DNA of 64,000 nt. It comes from Octopus vulgaris. Lineage: Eukaryota. A model generated the notes under the pieces. It did no database searches, was not told where the DNA came from, and saw nothing but the letters and a program-made list of their open reading frames with translations. Shown one piece after another: positions 1-11,757 of the stretch. The first letter of the stretch is position 1. Each line of letters opens with the position of its first letter. Made by a program: the position numbers and the translations under genes. The DNA lies in assembly GCA_951406725.2 (NCBI GenBank), contig OX597821.1, positions 52,204,001 to 52,268,000 on the forward strand. Reading direction: 5' to 3'.

Positions 1-1278
1 TATATTATTTACATGTTATCAGTAAAACTTTTATCGTTATTCTTCGATCGATCATCAGCCATTGAAAGTTTCTAATGCAAAACCTTGAAATTAGAAAAAT
101 GATGCATAATTCTTACAAAGCATATTATATTTCTATTATGATGCCAGCAAATAAATATATATGTAAGTTGGAAATTATTAAAGTTTCGTTGGAGATCTCA
201 CAATGAGATGTATTGTTTTTCCAATATTGAGATAACAGCAAAGCTACAAACTCATTGGAATTCTGTAATTCTTTAGAGACACTGAATTTTACTGTGCTAT
301 CGAAAAGAATGATTTTGCAAGATTTAACAATCATAGCTGTCACAAATAAAAAGGGTTTCGAATATACAAAAGAAACAAAACGTATCGATTTCTGCTTCTG
401 ATTACTTTGGCTTTAGGAATTCATCTATCATTTGATCCCAGTGAGAGACTATAAGACTTTTATCAAGTAATATGTCACTAAAAGGAGATGCATAAATAAA
501 AAAAAACAAACATGAAGCAGAAAAGTCACTGTCATTTTCAAAACAAATAAATAGAACCACCAAGCCTAACTTCAAATAGTTTTCTTCAGTTCAGCAGCAG
601 ACCAAGATTTTTTTTTAGTGTAGAGTACAGTTGAATGAATCATGTTTGTAATTTTAGCAATCCCAAAAGGCATCACTGTTCCGACCTTCTATATCATACT
701 CCCGAATGTGATGTCGGAGCAGTGCTGTTGTGCTTGATGTTGCTGTCTAGCCTCAAAACAGTCGTGATCTAACAAACTAATGATTAGCCGTCAACATAAC
801 ATTTTGTTCAATCGTAGTATATACAGAACTACAATATCTATCGTGTTCTTTAATTTTATTTAAAAATGGGAGTGTGTGATTTCTGGGTGATTTACAGTTA
901 TTTCTAGCAGGTTAAGTAGCTACATAGAGGCACCCTGGTTGGCACGAGATTGCATTAGTAATGTTTGTTTGTGTAGCTATACACTATTTAAGAAACCAGC
1001 TCCCTCTATCAACTGGAAGGCTATAGCTAATTTCATGTTCAGGCTAAGGAACGCCTTCAACTGATGATTGTAATCTTCAAGTGTTCAAATGATTAATATA
1101 TTCATTTAAAACATTTTTGCCCCGTTAAATGCCCACCCAAGGATTCATGTTTATTAATTAATTCACGCTGTCACATTTGCATATTTGTTACACATTCGCA
1201 CGCACACCCACACTGATAACTACATGTATTCAGAAACAGAAATAAATGAATTTATAAAACAGTAATTGCATGGAAAGT

Positions 1279-1473
1279 GGAGGCGCGTGGCTTAGTGGTT
1301 AGGGTGTCAGCATCATGATCGTAAGATTGTGGTTTCGATTCCTGGACCGGGTGACGCGTTGCTCCAGTCCACTCAGCTGTGATGGACTGGTGTCCCGTCC
1401 AGCTGGGGAACACATACGCCATTGAAACCGGGAAAGCCCATTAGCCTGGCTAGGCGTGGAAAGGGCGCATTTA
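1279..1473 (+). mobile_element. tRNA-derived SINE
   Basis: A-box TGGCTTAGTGG, B-box GGTTTCGATTCC, body GATGGACTGGTGTCCCGTCCAG. Confidence 0.75.
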
Positions 1474-3400
1474 TTATTGCATGGGAACACATTCACACAC
1501 AACAAATAAACGCAGAAATTCACATACAGATACATGCAAACACATGCATGAACGGTGGTTTCATGCATAAACAACATAACATATACATACATGTGATAAA
1601 GGCGTGTGCATATACATACACACAAACCTAAACACGCAAACAACCGTAGGTGAAATACCAGTATATATAAAATACTTGCCGCATGTTTACACAAACGCAC
1701 ATACACGATACAGAAGCAACCACACACAGATAAAACATACAAACACACACAGGGATGCATTCAGACATAGCGAAAGGTACACACACACACACATACACAC
1801 ACACACACATACACACACACACACACACACACAGACACACACATAAGGAGGTAGTTAAAATTTGGGGTAAATATTATTGGCGCTTTCATCTAGCTTGTTT
1901 CTGAGACGCATCAGATGTGAATACATTACACAAAATGTATGCCAATTTATTTAGATCTGGAAGAGAATGTTCCTTTATTTCTATATGCACGTGTTTATAT
2001 ATGCGTGCATACATATATGAATATATATATGTGTGTGTGTATACTTGTCTGCGCAAATGTGTATATGGTGAAGTTTTGGAGGTTTGGTTAGAGTCAGAAA
2101 AAAGAGAGAAAAGAAAAAAGTGAAAGAGAGAGAGAGGGAAAGAAAGACAATATGGGAAGACAGAAAAAGGACAGGAAAGAAAGGAAGAGAGAGGGAAAGA
2201 GGGTCCTGGGATGGTTTAAATTGCATGGAATTTATATAGTTAGCTTATGAATGGGAGTTAATGATAATTCAAGATGTCAGTTTTGCTTTAAACTTCGCTT
2301 TGAAAGCGTCTCTGTCTCTCTTATATACATATTAATATGTATGTAAATATACACATACATACACATGCAGATATATACAGGCGCACAATATACAAAATAT
2401 ATAATCCAATAGGAAAGCCTTCTTTTCTCTGTCGAGGGCTTATATGCCCCTTTATTAGACTATTTTCTTAGTCTTGCACGGTGATCGCCATTAGCTTTAA
2501 GCTTATATAAAAATACCATTGTTTTTATTTACAGGATTGTAAAAACGGCGCCGTGTAAAAAAAAACCCATTCGGCCCGAAATCATATATGCACAATATAT
2601 AATGCAATACACACACACAAACATATATATAAATACACATGCACATACATAACCATGACACATCAACACAAACACATATACATGTATTAGATATAGTACA
2701 CATCTTACACATGCATACAGATATGCATATATATGTAGACATACACTTGCACACACACACACACACATCTGTATGTATGCAAATAGATTATATACTTTCA
2801 AGAGAGAGAGAGAGAGAGAGAGAGAAATAGAGAGAGAGAGAGAGATTGAGGTAGTAATTAGGCTTGACTAAAATTATATATAAATACATAATTAGGCTCC
2901 CTGCCATTCATTTCTTTTCTACTTCTGTTCCTCCTTCCCACGTCACAGATAACCTCCTCCTCCTCCTCCCTGACTTTTGTTCTCGTTCTACCTCCTCTCT
3001 CTTCAACTGTTTAAATCTCTGGCACTATAATATGAACCGCTTTTGCTAACCTTTTCTTCATGGGGGAGCCAAACTTATAATAATATCTCTGTGTAACTGT
3101 TTACCGGTGGCATAACCAAGACATTTTGTATAGTTCATCAGAAAATTATGAATTGTACGATTATTACGTAACTTCGAGTTTCCTGAAACAGCTGTCGAGT
3201 CAAGAGTGCATATGTGTAAGTGCGTGAGAGAATGTGTTTGTTTCCTACACTTCTGTGTGCGTGTGTGTGTGTGTCAAAACTTGTGTTTATCTGCGTTACA
3301 CCCTCTATATCGTCTCGGATTTCTCTTATAGCCACTCTAGATAGCCACTCTAGACGCCGTGGGCTTTGTCCTGGATGATAAATTCGGAGATTAAGTCGAA

Positions 3401-3728
<328 letters not shown>

Positions 3729-4038
3729 ATATATTTATATATGTATATATGTATGTATCTATCTACCTATCTATCTGTCTATCTACATGTACGTGTCATC
3801 ATTATACAAATGCACTGAAGGTAATAAATAACGATTTTTGTTCCTTGAATCAAAAGAAATAATTTCTTATTAAATGTAAGTTTAATAAAAACGCTGTAAT
3901 CCCTGGAGTTACAAATGTATTCGTTTATTGAAAAGCAGCGTAAATGATATTAATTTTCAGAGTGGTCTAAAACATTCATCACTTAACTGTTATTAGACGG
4001 AAAGGAATAGACTGTAGAAAGTCTATCGAGTATCAGCA

Positions 4039-4096
4039 CGGAACAGTGGAACAGTGGAGCAGTAAAACAGTGGAATGGTGGAACAGTGGAATAGTG
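4039..4096 (+). repeat. 8-bp minisatellite (GGAACAGT) x about 7
   Basis: Seen directly. Confidence 0.8.
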
Positions 4097-5071
4097 CACG
4101 TCAGTTTGAAAAGACAACTTAAGAAAGTCATTTATATATTACTTTTAACTCGGATTGATTCCCCATTTGCAACAAAGATTTCATTGATAAAATAGAACAC
4201 AATGAAAGTATATAACGCGTAGGCCATCTATACTCTTCATTGAATTAGAGGTGGGCTGTTATTCCCATATGTGTGTGTATGTGTGTGCGTGCGTGTGTGT
4301 ATGTGTGTGCGTGTGTGTTGGAATTATGTGAAAGAAGCAGCTCTGTACTAAAGACTTTATAAATATAACACAACACACTTTACGTATCTGTGTCGTTCAA
4401 ATGCCAGAAATTGTTGTTTCCGTTTGGAAATCATTCTTTCGTAGACTTATGTTAAAGAACACAATATACTTCAGATCTAGGTGAAACGAAATTGTTCCAG
4501 AAGTGACCGCGAGCAACAGAGATGTAACGAATTTCATTCTGCCTATGTAGCGTCTTTGCATACCAGTGTATAGTTTAAAGAATATTTTAGACAGGCCGAT
4601 TCGAGCTCGTTTCAGAGGTGACACGACCGCATGACATTGACAAGATGCAGTATGTCGTAATACGTATCTGTCGCGCTTGTGGTCATTACTAGGGTGATTT
4701 TGTTTCTACTAACTCTGAAATATTTTGTTTATACAATATGTGTATATACAATATGTGTATAAAGGGATTTTTCCCGGACGAAACCCGCAGGTTCTAGCTC
4801 TTCCACCACACACGTTAAGTATGTCATACATACATATACACATACAAACATACAGGCACACACACATAATTATAAATAATTTTACTTTATCTGATTGATA
4901 ACATTATATCATGGTTTCCAAAGCTTCTCTGCGGGCTTTGGCTACCAGATGTTATCATACAGTAGGACTGCTCCTTTTACTGGAAATATTTCGGTAATCC
5001 GCGAATATCCGTAGGATTTATACAAAAGATAATTTTAATGGGTAAAGAGGGAATGAACAAGTTTTATTACA

Positions 5072-5185
5072 AATCACTACAATTGTTTCGGCGCATCAGT
5101 ATCAGCTGGTAATTGCTGGAAATTACATATATTATGCACATTATTGCGTCAACATAATCCAACAATCCAACGTCTTCAGGTGATT
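5072..5185 (-). ncRNA. Hammerhead-like motif with a long, degenerate stem II insertion
   Basis: Minus strand AATCAC-CTGAAGA-(about 83 nt)-GAAA-CAATTG-TA/GTGATT; perfect 6-bp stem I, palindromic ACAATTGT, AATAAA just downstream; base of stem II imperfect. Confidence 0.58.
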
Positions 5186-8182
5186 AGTGTCCAAATTGAC
5201 GGTTAAACGGTTATTTCAAACAGTCCGGTAAAATAGCAAACCTATGAATAGGTTTGCTTTATAACATCTGTACTTTTTCAGATATAGCATATCTAGGATT
5301 ACGTCATTTAATGTTTTATTCCTTGGTGTTGTTAGGTATCTTGTAAGCATTGATCCGTCAGACCAAAGCACTGCAGCGAAAACCTCTAGCCGCGATTATC
5401 CCGTAGTTTTCAGAAACAATGTATTTAGAGAATATAGACTATCTAATTTATCATACGGTTTTTATAGAAGATATCGATATCGTATGCTTCCAGGGGAATT
5501 TGGCTGCCATTTTCTGCACGTGGCAGAGTTAAAGTGAGATATTCTTGTCAACCTGTTTGAAAGAAGAAGAAAACTAAAAACGCAAAATAGGGAGGTAATT
5601 GCTGAATAATAAAACTGGAAATGTAATTTAGATCTAATTTGTGGTTGAAATTTGAAGTAAGGGTAAAACACAGACGATATAATTAAGTGGAGGTGGCCTA
5701 ATGCAGAAGGCATCTGTCTTCAGAACTGAAGATTCTGAGTTCCAGCCCCAACAGTGTCGATAATGTTACTTTTTCGTGAGTGTTATATCATTAACACACG
5801 ATACACTTTTCCATTCAAGCAGGGAGTTTCAACGCGGATTCGTAACCCGTTAGACATAACAACAGAATATCCCTCTTAGATAAGGAAATGACACGTTAAA
5901 AAAAATGTACTTTTGTGTATCTCTAAAAAATGTCGTAGTAATAGTAGCGGCACTACCATCGCCACTACTGCCACCACCAACAACATCATAATCGTCATCA
6001 TCACCACCATTATTAACATCATCATCATCATCAACAACAGCAACAATATCACTACCAATAACACCAATTACGGCGCTGATGACTTTTGCCGTTTGTATCA
6101 TAAAGTTTAATCGGAAGTAAATTCCGATCACTTTATTTGTAACCCAGATTTAGTTTTGTTTTAATTATATCTGAAATGATTCGAAAATGCTTTTAGGAAA
6201 AAAATCCGTTCAGTTCCTCTGTGTAAAAACATCCTAATTTATTTAAAATATCTTTAAAGCAAAAATAAAAGATATTTTATTTCGATAAATTTGGATATTC
6301 TAAACACACACGCACATACACACAGATGAGTATGTATAAACAAATACACGCACGCATACATATTGACAGAGGCTCACAGGAATATATTCATACAGAAATG
6401 GGTTTTAGTATTTTCTGAAACTGCATAAAATTAATTGGTTTTGAAATAGAATATTCAATGTGGCACTGCATTGGTCATTACTTCAGCGTTACGTTCAGTT
6501 TTAACATTAAAAGTAATTATTTATAATCAACAACAACAACAACTACTGCTACTACTACCTCTGTATTTCATTTCAATATTTATGATGTGTGGAGTCGGTG
6601 GGCAACAGAATCGCTATAATGAATGCTGAAATGCCTTGCAATTTCGTCACGCCTCTTTACGCTTTCAGTTCAAATTTTACCAAAGTCTCCTTAGCGTTTA
6701 AAGGAATGGTCGATAAAATAAAGTACTAATCAAGTACCGGGCGAGATTCGATCGACTACATGATTACAGGAACATAGGAATGCCAGACATAATCTATGTA
6801 TATGAAGTGTAAGGTCGACGGGTGGCCGAATAACATAAATTTTGAAATTTAGGTCTGGCTTCTTAACGGTTCTGAGGTTAAATCCCGCAGTGTTAATGAA
6901 ATAAAGTAGAATTATACATTGACGACACTACACTTCCCTCCACCAAATATTTGTCTATGTTACAAGCCGATTCTTTGGATGTATAAAAGCTGAAGATGGA
7001 TAAACTCAGAGAAAATAGTTTGTAATATTTAATTATAAATCCTGCTATCTTTGTATTTTACGGACCTAGGGTTGACAAAATACATATCAATTACAAATGC
7101 CTTTTCAATCGACAAGACCACCCTGACTCAAGTATGTGGCTTTATGTCAAATTTAGAAACCTTATCACGCTGGCGCAGAAGGGGTGAGAAAGAGCTATAA
7201 TATCAAATATTCATGAGGGCCAAACGTAATTAATATTAAAAGCGAGCATGTTAATGCAGAATGTTTGCGTTTCATCATTTTGCTGATTAATAACATATTA
7301 GCAGCAAATACAAGGGTCAGATTGACACACCCAATGCAAACACAAACATCCTTTTTACTGAAACATTCCTCACAAATGTAATCCCAGTGAAGAGCGTCTC
7401 TAGCGATAATTTATCTGATATATCAGATGTACCAGTCCTACCCCTCTGAAGGCCAGTAGAATAACTTGATTTAACTCTCTGCCGAAGTTACGTGACTCCA
7501 TGGATTAAAATCCAGAATATATTCATTTTAGACTCCACTTCCCAAGAAAACAAAAATATAATAAGTTTTAAAGTGCATAATGTTAAGAATAGTTACTCCT
7601 GTCTAAACAGCCTCATTGCTAAGATTGTACGCTGTAAGCAGAAAATAAAATCTTATACCAATGCATCCCCCTACCACAACTTCAGGACCCAGCTGCAACA
7701 TCCGAAATCAGTTATAAGTTACTATTTGTGAATACACACACATACACGCGCGCGCATATATGCTGACATATGCGCGCCTACATATATAATATTCTCATCA
7801 GCGACTAACCTCATCTTGAGTCCTTTAACAGAGGATGGCTTCTAATTTATAACCATTTGTATCTAATTTGTAAGACACATGCACATACACACACATACAT
7901 ACATACATACATACATACATACATACATACATGTAAGGTGGTCATAAAAAACATTTTTACTTTCGTCAGATTGAGTACTCATATTGTTGAGCCTGGGCGT
8001 ACGTATATATATATATGTTCAATTTATAGGAAAGATCCAGAGGAGCTAGATATCACATAAGCACCCTAGGAATTAGTGATCACACTTGTGTGGGAGTAAA
8101 TTTCGGGGAGAAGCGTGAAGTGTTTCGGAGAACATAAGAATAATGCAAAATTGAGACAATCGCTCAGGATGTCATTTAAATC

Positions 8183-8226
<44 letters not shown>

Positions 8227-8238
<12 letters not shown>

Positions 8239-10240
8239 AAACAAGTAAAAAATAGAAAATGCTAAAATAATTTTATAGTGAACATTTCAGTACCGGTTTC
8301 GGTCATTTTGAGACCTTTTCAACTGTAACGATTAAATAATTAAATTTAGAAAAATTAGAAGAAAAGTTTTTTTAAAACAATATTTCTATAGTAGTGTTCA
8401 GATTTAAGTGGCATTCTGCCTTTCTCTGACTCCCTTGTTTGCACTTGTGTGTTCGAGGTAGTTGTGAGTTCTTGGTAGGGTAGTAGAGGGAAGGCTGGTG
8501 AGGAAAGGGGGTGGGAGAATCTGGGAGTGCCCTGATGGTCGTATTTTGAATGGTCAGTGGCGGCTGGCAGTCTCAGTTCAATTCAGGAGAATATTTATAT
8601 CGACAGGCTTGTTTATAGAATTAGCGTAGGTGTTATACTAAAAAACATTAGTGACAAACTTAAGGGGTAGGGGGTGGAGAAGAAGAAGAAGAAGAAGAAG
8701 AAGAAGGAGAAGGAGAAGGAGAAGATGATGGTGATGGTGGTGATGATTATGACGACGATGATGATGATAACGATGATGATGAAGAAGAAGAAGAAGAAGA
8801 AGAAGGAGGAGAAGGAGAAGATGGTGGTGATGATGGTGGCGATGATGATGACGCCGATGATGATGATAACGATGATGATGAAGAAGAAGAAGAAGAAAAA
8901 AACAGAGAAGGGAGAATATGAATGGGTGTAAATATAGCTATGAAGGGGCTGATTAGTAATGGATTCTATGGAGTGTAGTATTTGTGTGTGTATATATATT
9001 TTTTTCTTTTATTCTAAAGTTGAGGTATATTAATTGTTTGTCGTAGACCCGTTAAGAAGTGGCTTGTATTTTGTAATAAAGAGATTTTCTTTACTTATTC
9101 TTTGTCTCGAGGTTGTATCGTCCCTAAATTGGTAGAGGGGGAAAATTCTGAAGTTTGGTGTTTTTTGTTGGCGCAAGTATCTATGTGTTGGCTAAAAGCT
9201 ATTTTTCTGTTTTGGGGAATTTTTATCTGGGATCTGTGCAGGGCCATTCGTTTACGCAAACCATTTTTTGTTTGGCCTATGTACTGCTCTTGACACCCGG
9301 AGCAGGTTAGTGAGTATATTAGGTTCTCCGAAGCACATGTGAAGTTGCTTTTCACTGTAAACCGTTGTCCCTGTTTGAAGGAGAACTCAGAACCCTCGAT
9401 TAGATAGTCGCATATCCCGCAATTGGGTCTTCCACATTTTTTTACTGTCGGCTTCTGTGTTGAAGAGTGAATTCGGGCTTGTGTAAGGAGACTTTTCATG
9501 GATCTAGGCTGTCTTTTGCTTTTTATGATCGTGTGTGTTTGGAGGATTGTGTTCATTCTGTGGTCTTTTTTTAGGAGGGGTATGTTGTGGAGGATGGTGT
9601 CGAAGGCTTCGTTATTGAGAGGGTTGTGTGTGGAGATGTATGGTAAGGCTTTTGGTTGTAAGTTTTTCTTTGATTTGGGATGTCTCAGTTCCTTGATGTT
9701 AAGTTGAAGGGCACGTTGAATGCACTTGTCAATAAGTGAAGGTGGATAGTTCCTGGTGATTAGGGTATCTTTTAGTTCTTGTAGTCGTGTGTCTCTGGTG
9801 TTTGCGTTAGAGACTATAGTGCATATCCTTTTTGCTAGATTGAAGGGGATATTCATCCTGGTGTGTCTGGGGTGGCATGAATTGAATGGAAGATATTGCT
9901 TAGAGTCTGTAGGCTTATAGTATATGTCTGTTTCTATTATATTATTAGCTTTCTTAATGAGGATATCGAGGAAGGGGAGTTGTTGTTGGCTATATTCCAT
10001 CGTGAATTGGATGTTTACGTCCAGTCCGTTTAAAATTTTCTGGAATTCTATGAGTTTTTCTATATTTTTATGCCAAAGGATGAAACAGTCATCTAGATAT
10101 CTCTTCCAGTTGTTTTCTATGTAGATGGAGAAAGGGCTGCCATATCTTTCTAGAACCTTACGATACAGACTGATCTCTAGGTATCCTATGACTAGGTTGG
10201 CAAAGGAGGGGGCCATTCGTGTACCCATCGCAGTCCCCGA
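8227..10240 (-). pseudogene. Inverted, 5'-truncated second PLE copy (RT C-half, GIY-YIG, 3' UTR, pLTR)
   Basis: Near-identical reverse complement of 12837-14853; a 1-nt shorter homopolymer (T6 at 9161-9166 vs A7 at 13911-13917) frameshifts the endonuclease end. Confidence 0.95.
8283..8330 (-). ncRNA. Hammerhead ribozyme copy in inverted pLTR
   Basis: Exact reverse complement of 10359-10406. Confidence 0.82.
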
Positions 10241-10270
10241 ATGCCACTTAAATCTGAATGCCACTTAAAT

Positions 10271-10491
10271 CAGAATGCCACTTAAATCTGAACACTACTA
10301 TAGAAATATTGTTTTAAAAAAACTTTTCTTCTAATTTTTCTAAATTTAATTATTTAATCGTTACAGTTGAAAAGGTCTCAAAATGACCGAAACCGGTACT
10401 GAAATGTTCACTATAAAATTATTTTAGCATTTTCTATTTTTTACTTGTTTTTTCATATATATCAACTCGTGTGTTCCTTTTCACCCTTATA
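10271..10491 (+). repeat. 5' pseudo-LTR of the PLE
   Basis: Matches 14661-14882 except for the length of one A-run. Confidence 0.93.
10359..10406 (+). ncRNA. Minimal type I hammerhead ribozyme, U3-A8 core variant (5' pLTR)
   Basis: CAG-TTGAAAA-GGTC-tcaaaat-GACC-GAAA-CCGG-TA/CTG. Stem I CAG/CTG (extendable to cgttacag/ctgaaatg), stem II GGTC/GACC, palindromic stem III ACCGGT, GUA site; predicted cut after 10398. Confidence 0.82.
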
Positions 10492-10521
10492 CATATCATT
10501 AACCCACACGAGATACAGAAA

Positions 10522-11757
10522 ATGCCGACAAAAACAGACACAATCACCTCCATAAACGAAGAAATACTGAAAGAACTCAAGAAAATCAACACAAATTTGT
10601 CAACTTTTTTGAACAAATTCGACTCGACACTTCAACCCAATCGAGAGAACAATGAAGAAACAGATACGAAAAATACAACCTCCGAAATTGTCGAAAACCT
10701 TGGAAACTTATGCGAAACAATTAGAACATTTTTCTCTAACAACGCTAACCAAGGACCTCCAAACGCGTCAATATATGGGATCAATACTCTAACAACATAC
10801 CAAATGAAACACCACATAATACCACAATGGAACAAATCACTCAGAGATAGAAAGTTCGCCTTTTGGAAGATGATCCAAAACAACAACAAAGCGGATATAT
10901 ACGAAAAATGGCTCAACCGGACCCCGTTAATCCTCCCACGTAAATTCCAGTTCAAAGCTATTACAGAAGAACCTGAAACACAAAGACACCTCAGGGAGAG
11001 AATGGCACTGGAAAAAATGAAAATGGAAATAGAACTTCTGAAATTGAGGGCCCAAACGAATGAGGATAAAATAAAATCCACCGATGAAGATATCAACGAA
11101 GAAATTCGCAAAATGACCCAAGGCCCAGATCAAGAGAAGTTCTCCAAACTATGGAAAGAGGACTGTGAAAAAGAAGAACTAAAATCTCTCCAACGCTGGG
11201 AGAAAAGCGCCACTTGGTTCTCAGACTATGAAGCCGTCTTTCAAACAGAGCACGCCTCCAACAACCCTTTCCAGAAAATAAGAAAACCAAAACAACACCC
11301 AAACACCGATACACACCTGTCTAAAAATCGGAACCTTCACTACTATCAAAAAAAGAATACAGGACCTAACCCCAACTCTGTAAGCAGCCAGCGATACAAT
11401 ATCAGGAATACCCCCACTTCAAGCAGAGAAAGGATAAATCAACACCCACAGCATAGACACTACAACCTCATCCCCACCCAAAGGAGTTACCAACGAAATC
11501 TTCGTCCCATTAACCGGTTAAACAACCATGCACAACAAACCCACACCACTTGCAATGATTACCAACGAAGGCCTCCTAGAACACCACACCCGAATATGGG
11601 ATATCGGGATGCTCTCCTCAATACTGCTCCAAGAACACACACCACAAATCACAACAGGAGACCCCTAATCAACAAAGAACAACTATATACTAGCTACCGT
11701 CCCAACCACCGCATTCATTTTTTAGACCCAATACGCAAACACAGAGACACAAGATAG
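10522..11757 (+). CDS. PLE ORF1, 411 aa from ATG 10522: predicted coiled-coil protein with basic, low-complexity C-terminus
   Basis: Uninterrupted ORF between the 5' pLTR and ORF2; heptad-like segments (INEEILKELKKINTNL; ALEKMKMEIELLKLRAQTNEDKIK); R/N/H/P/Q-rich tail. The track start at 10471 is a GTG inside the pLTR. Function is inferred. Confidence 0.85.
   Translation: MPTKTDTITSINEEILKELKKINTNLSTFLNKFDSTLQPNRENNEETDTKNTTSEIVENLGNLCETIRTFFSNNANQGPPNASIYGINTLTTYQMKHHIIPQWNKSLRDRKFAFWKMIQNNNKADIYEKWLNRTPLILPRKFQFKAITEEPETQRHLRERMALEKMKMEIELLKLRAQTNEDKIKSTDEDINEEIRKMTQGPDQEKFSKLWKEDCEKEELKSLQRWEKSATWFSDYEAVFQTEHASNNPFQKIRKPKQHPNTDTHLSKNRNLHYYQKKNTGPNPNSVSSQRYNIRNTPTSSRERINQHPQHRHYNLIPTQRSYQRNLRPINRLNNHAQQTHTTCNDYQRRPPRTPHPNMGYRDALLNTAPRTHTTNHNRRPLINKEQLYTSYRPNHRIHFLDPIRKHRDTR

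Noticed and set aside
1279-1350. tRNA gene
   Set aside because: A and B boxes are present, but it continues into a SINE body and lacks a clean cloverleaf.
8674-8931. Poly-K/poly-M ORF (and its mirror at 14147-14404)
   Set aside because: Antisense reading of the trinucleotide-repeat block in the PLE 3' UTR.
9095-10264. 389-aa minus-strand ORF as an independent gene
   Set aside because: It is the truncated inverted PLE copy; its start comes from the junction reiteration, it lacks RT motif A, and its end is frameshifted.
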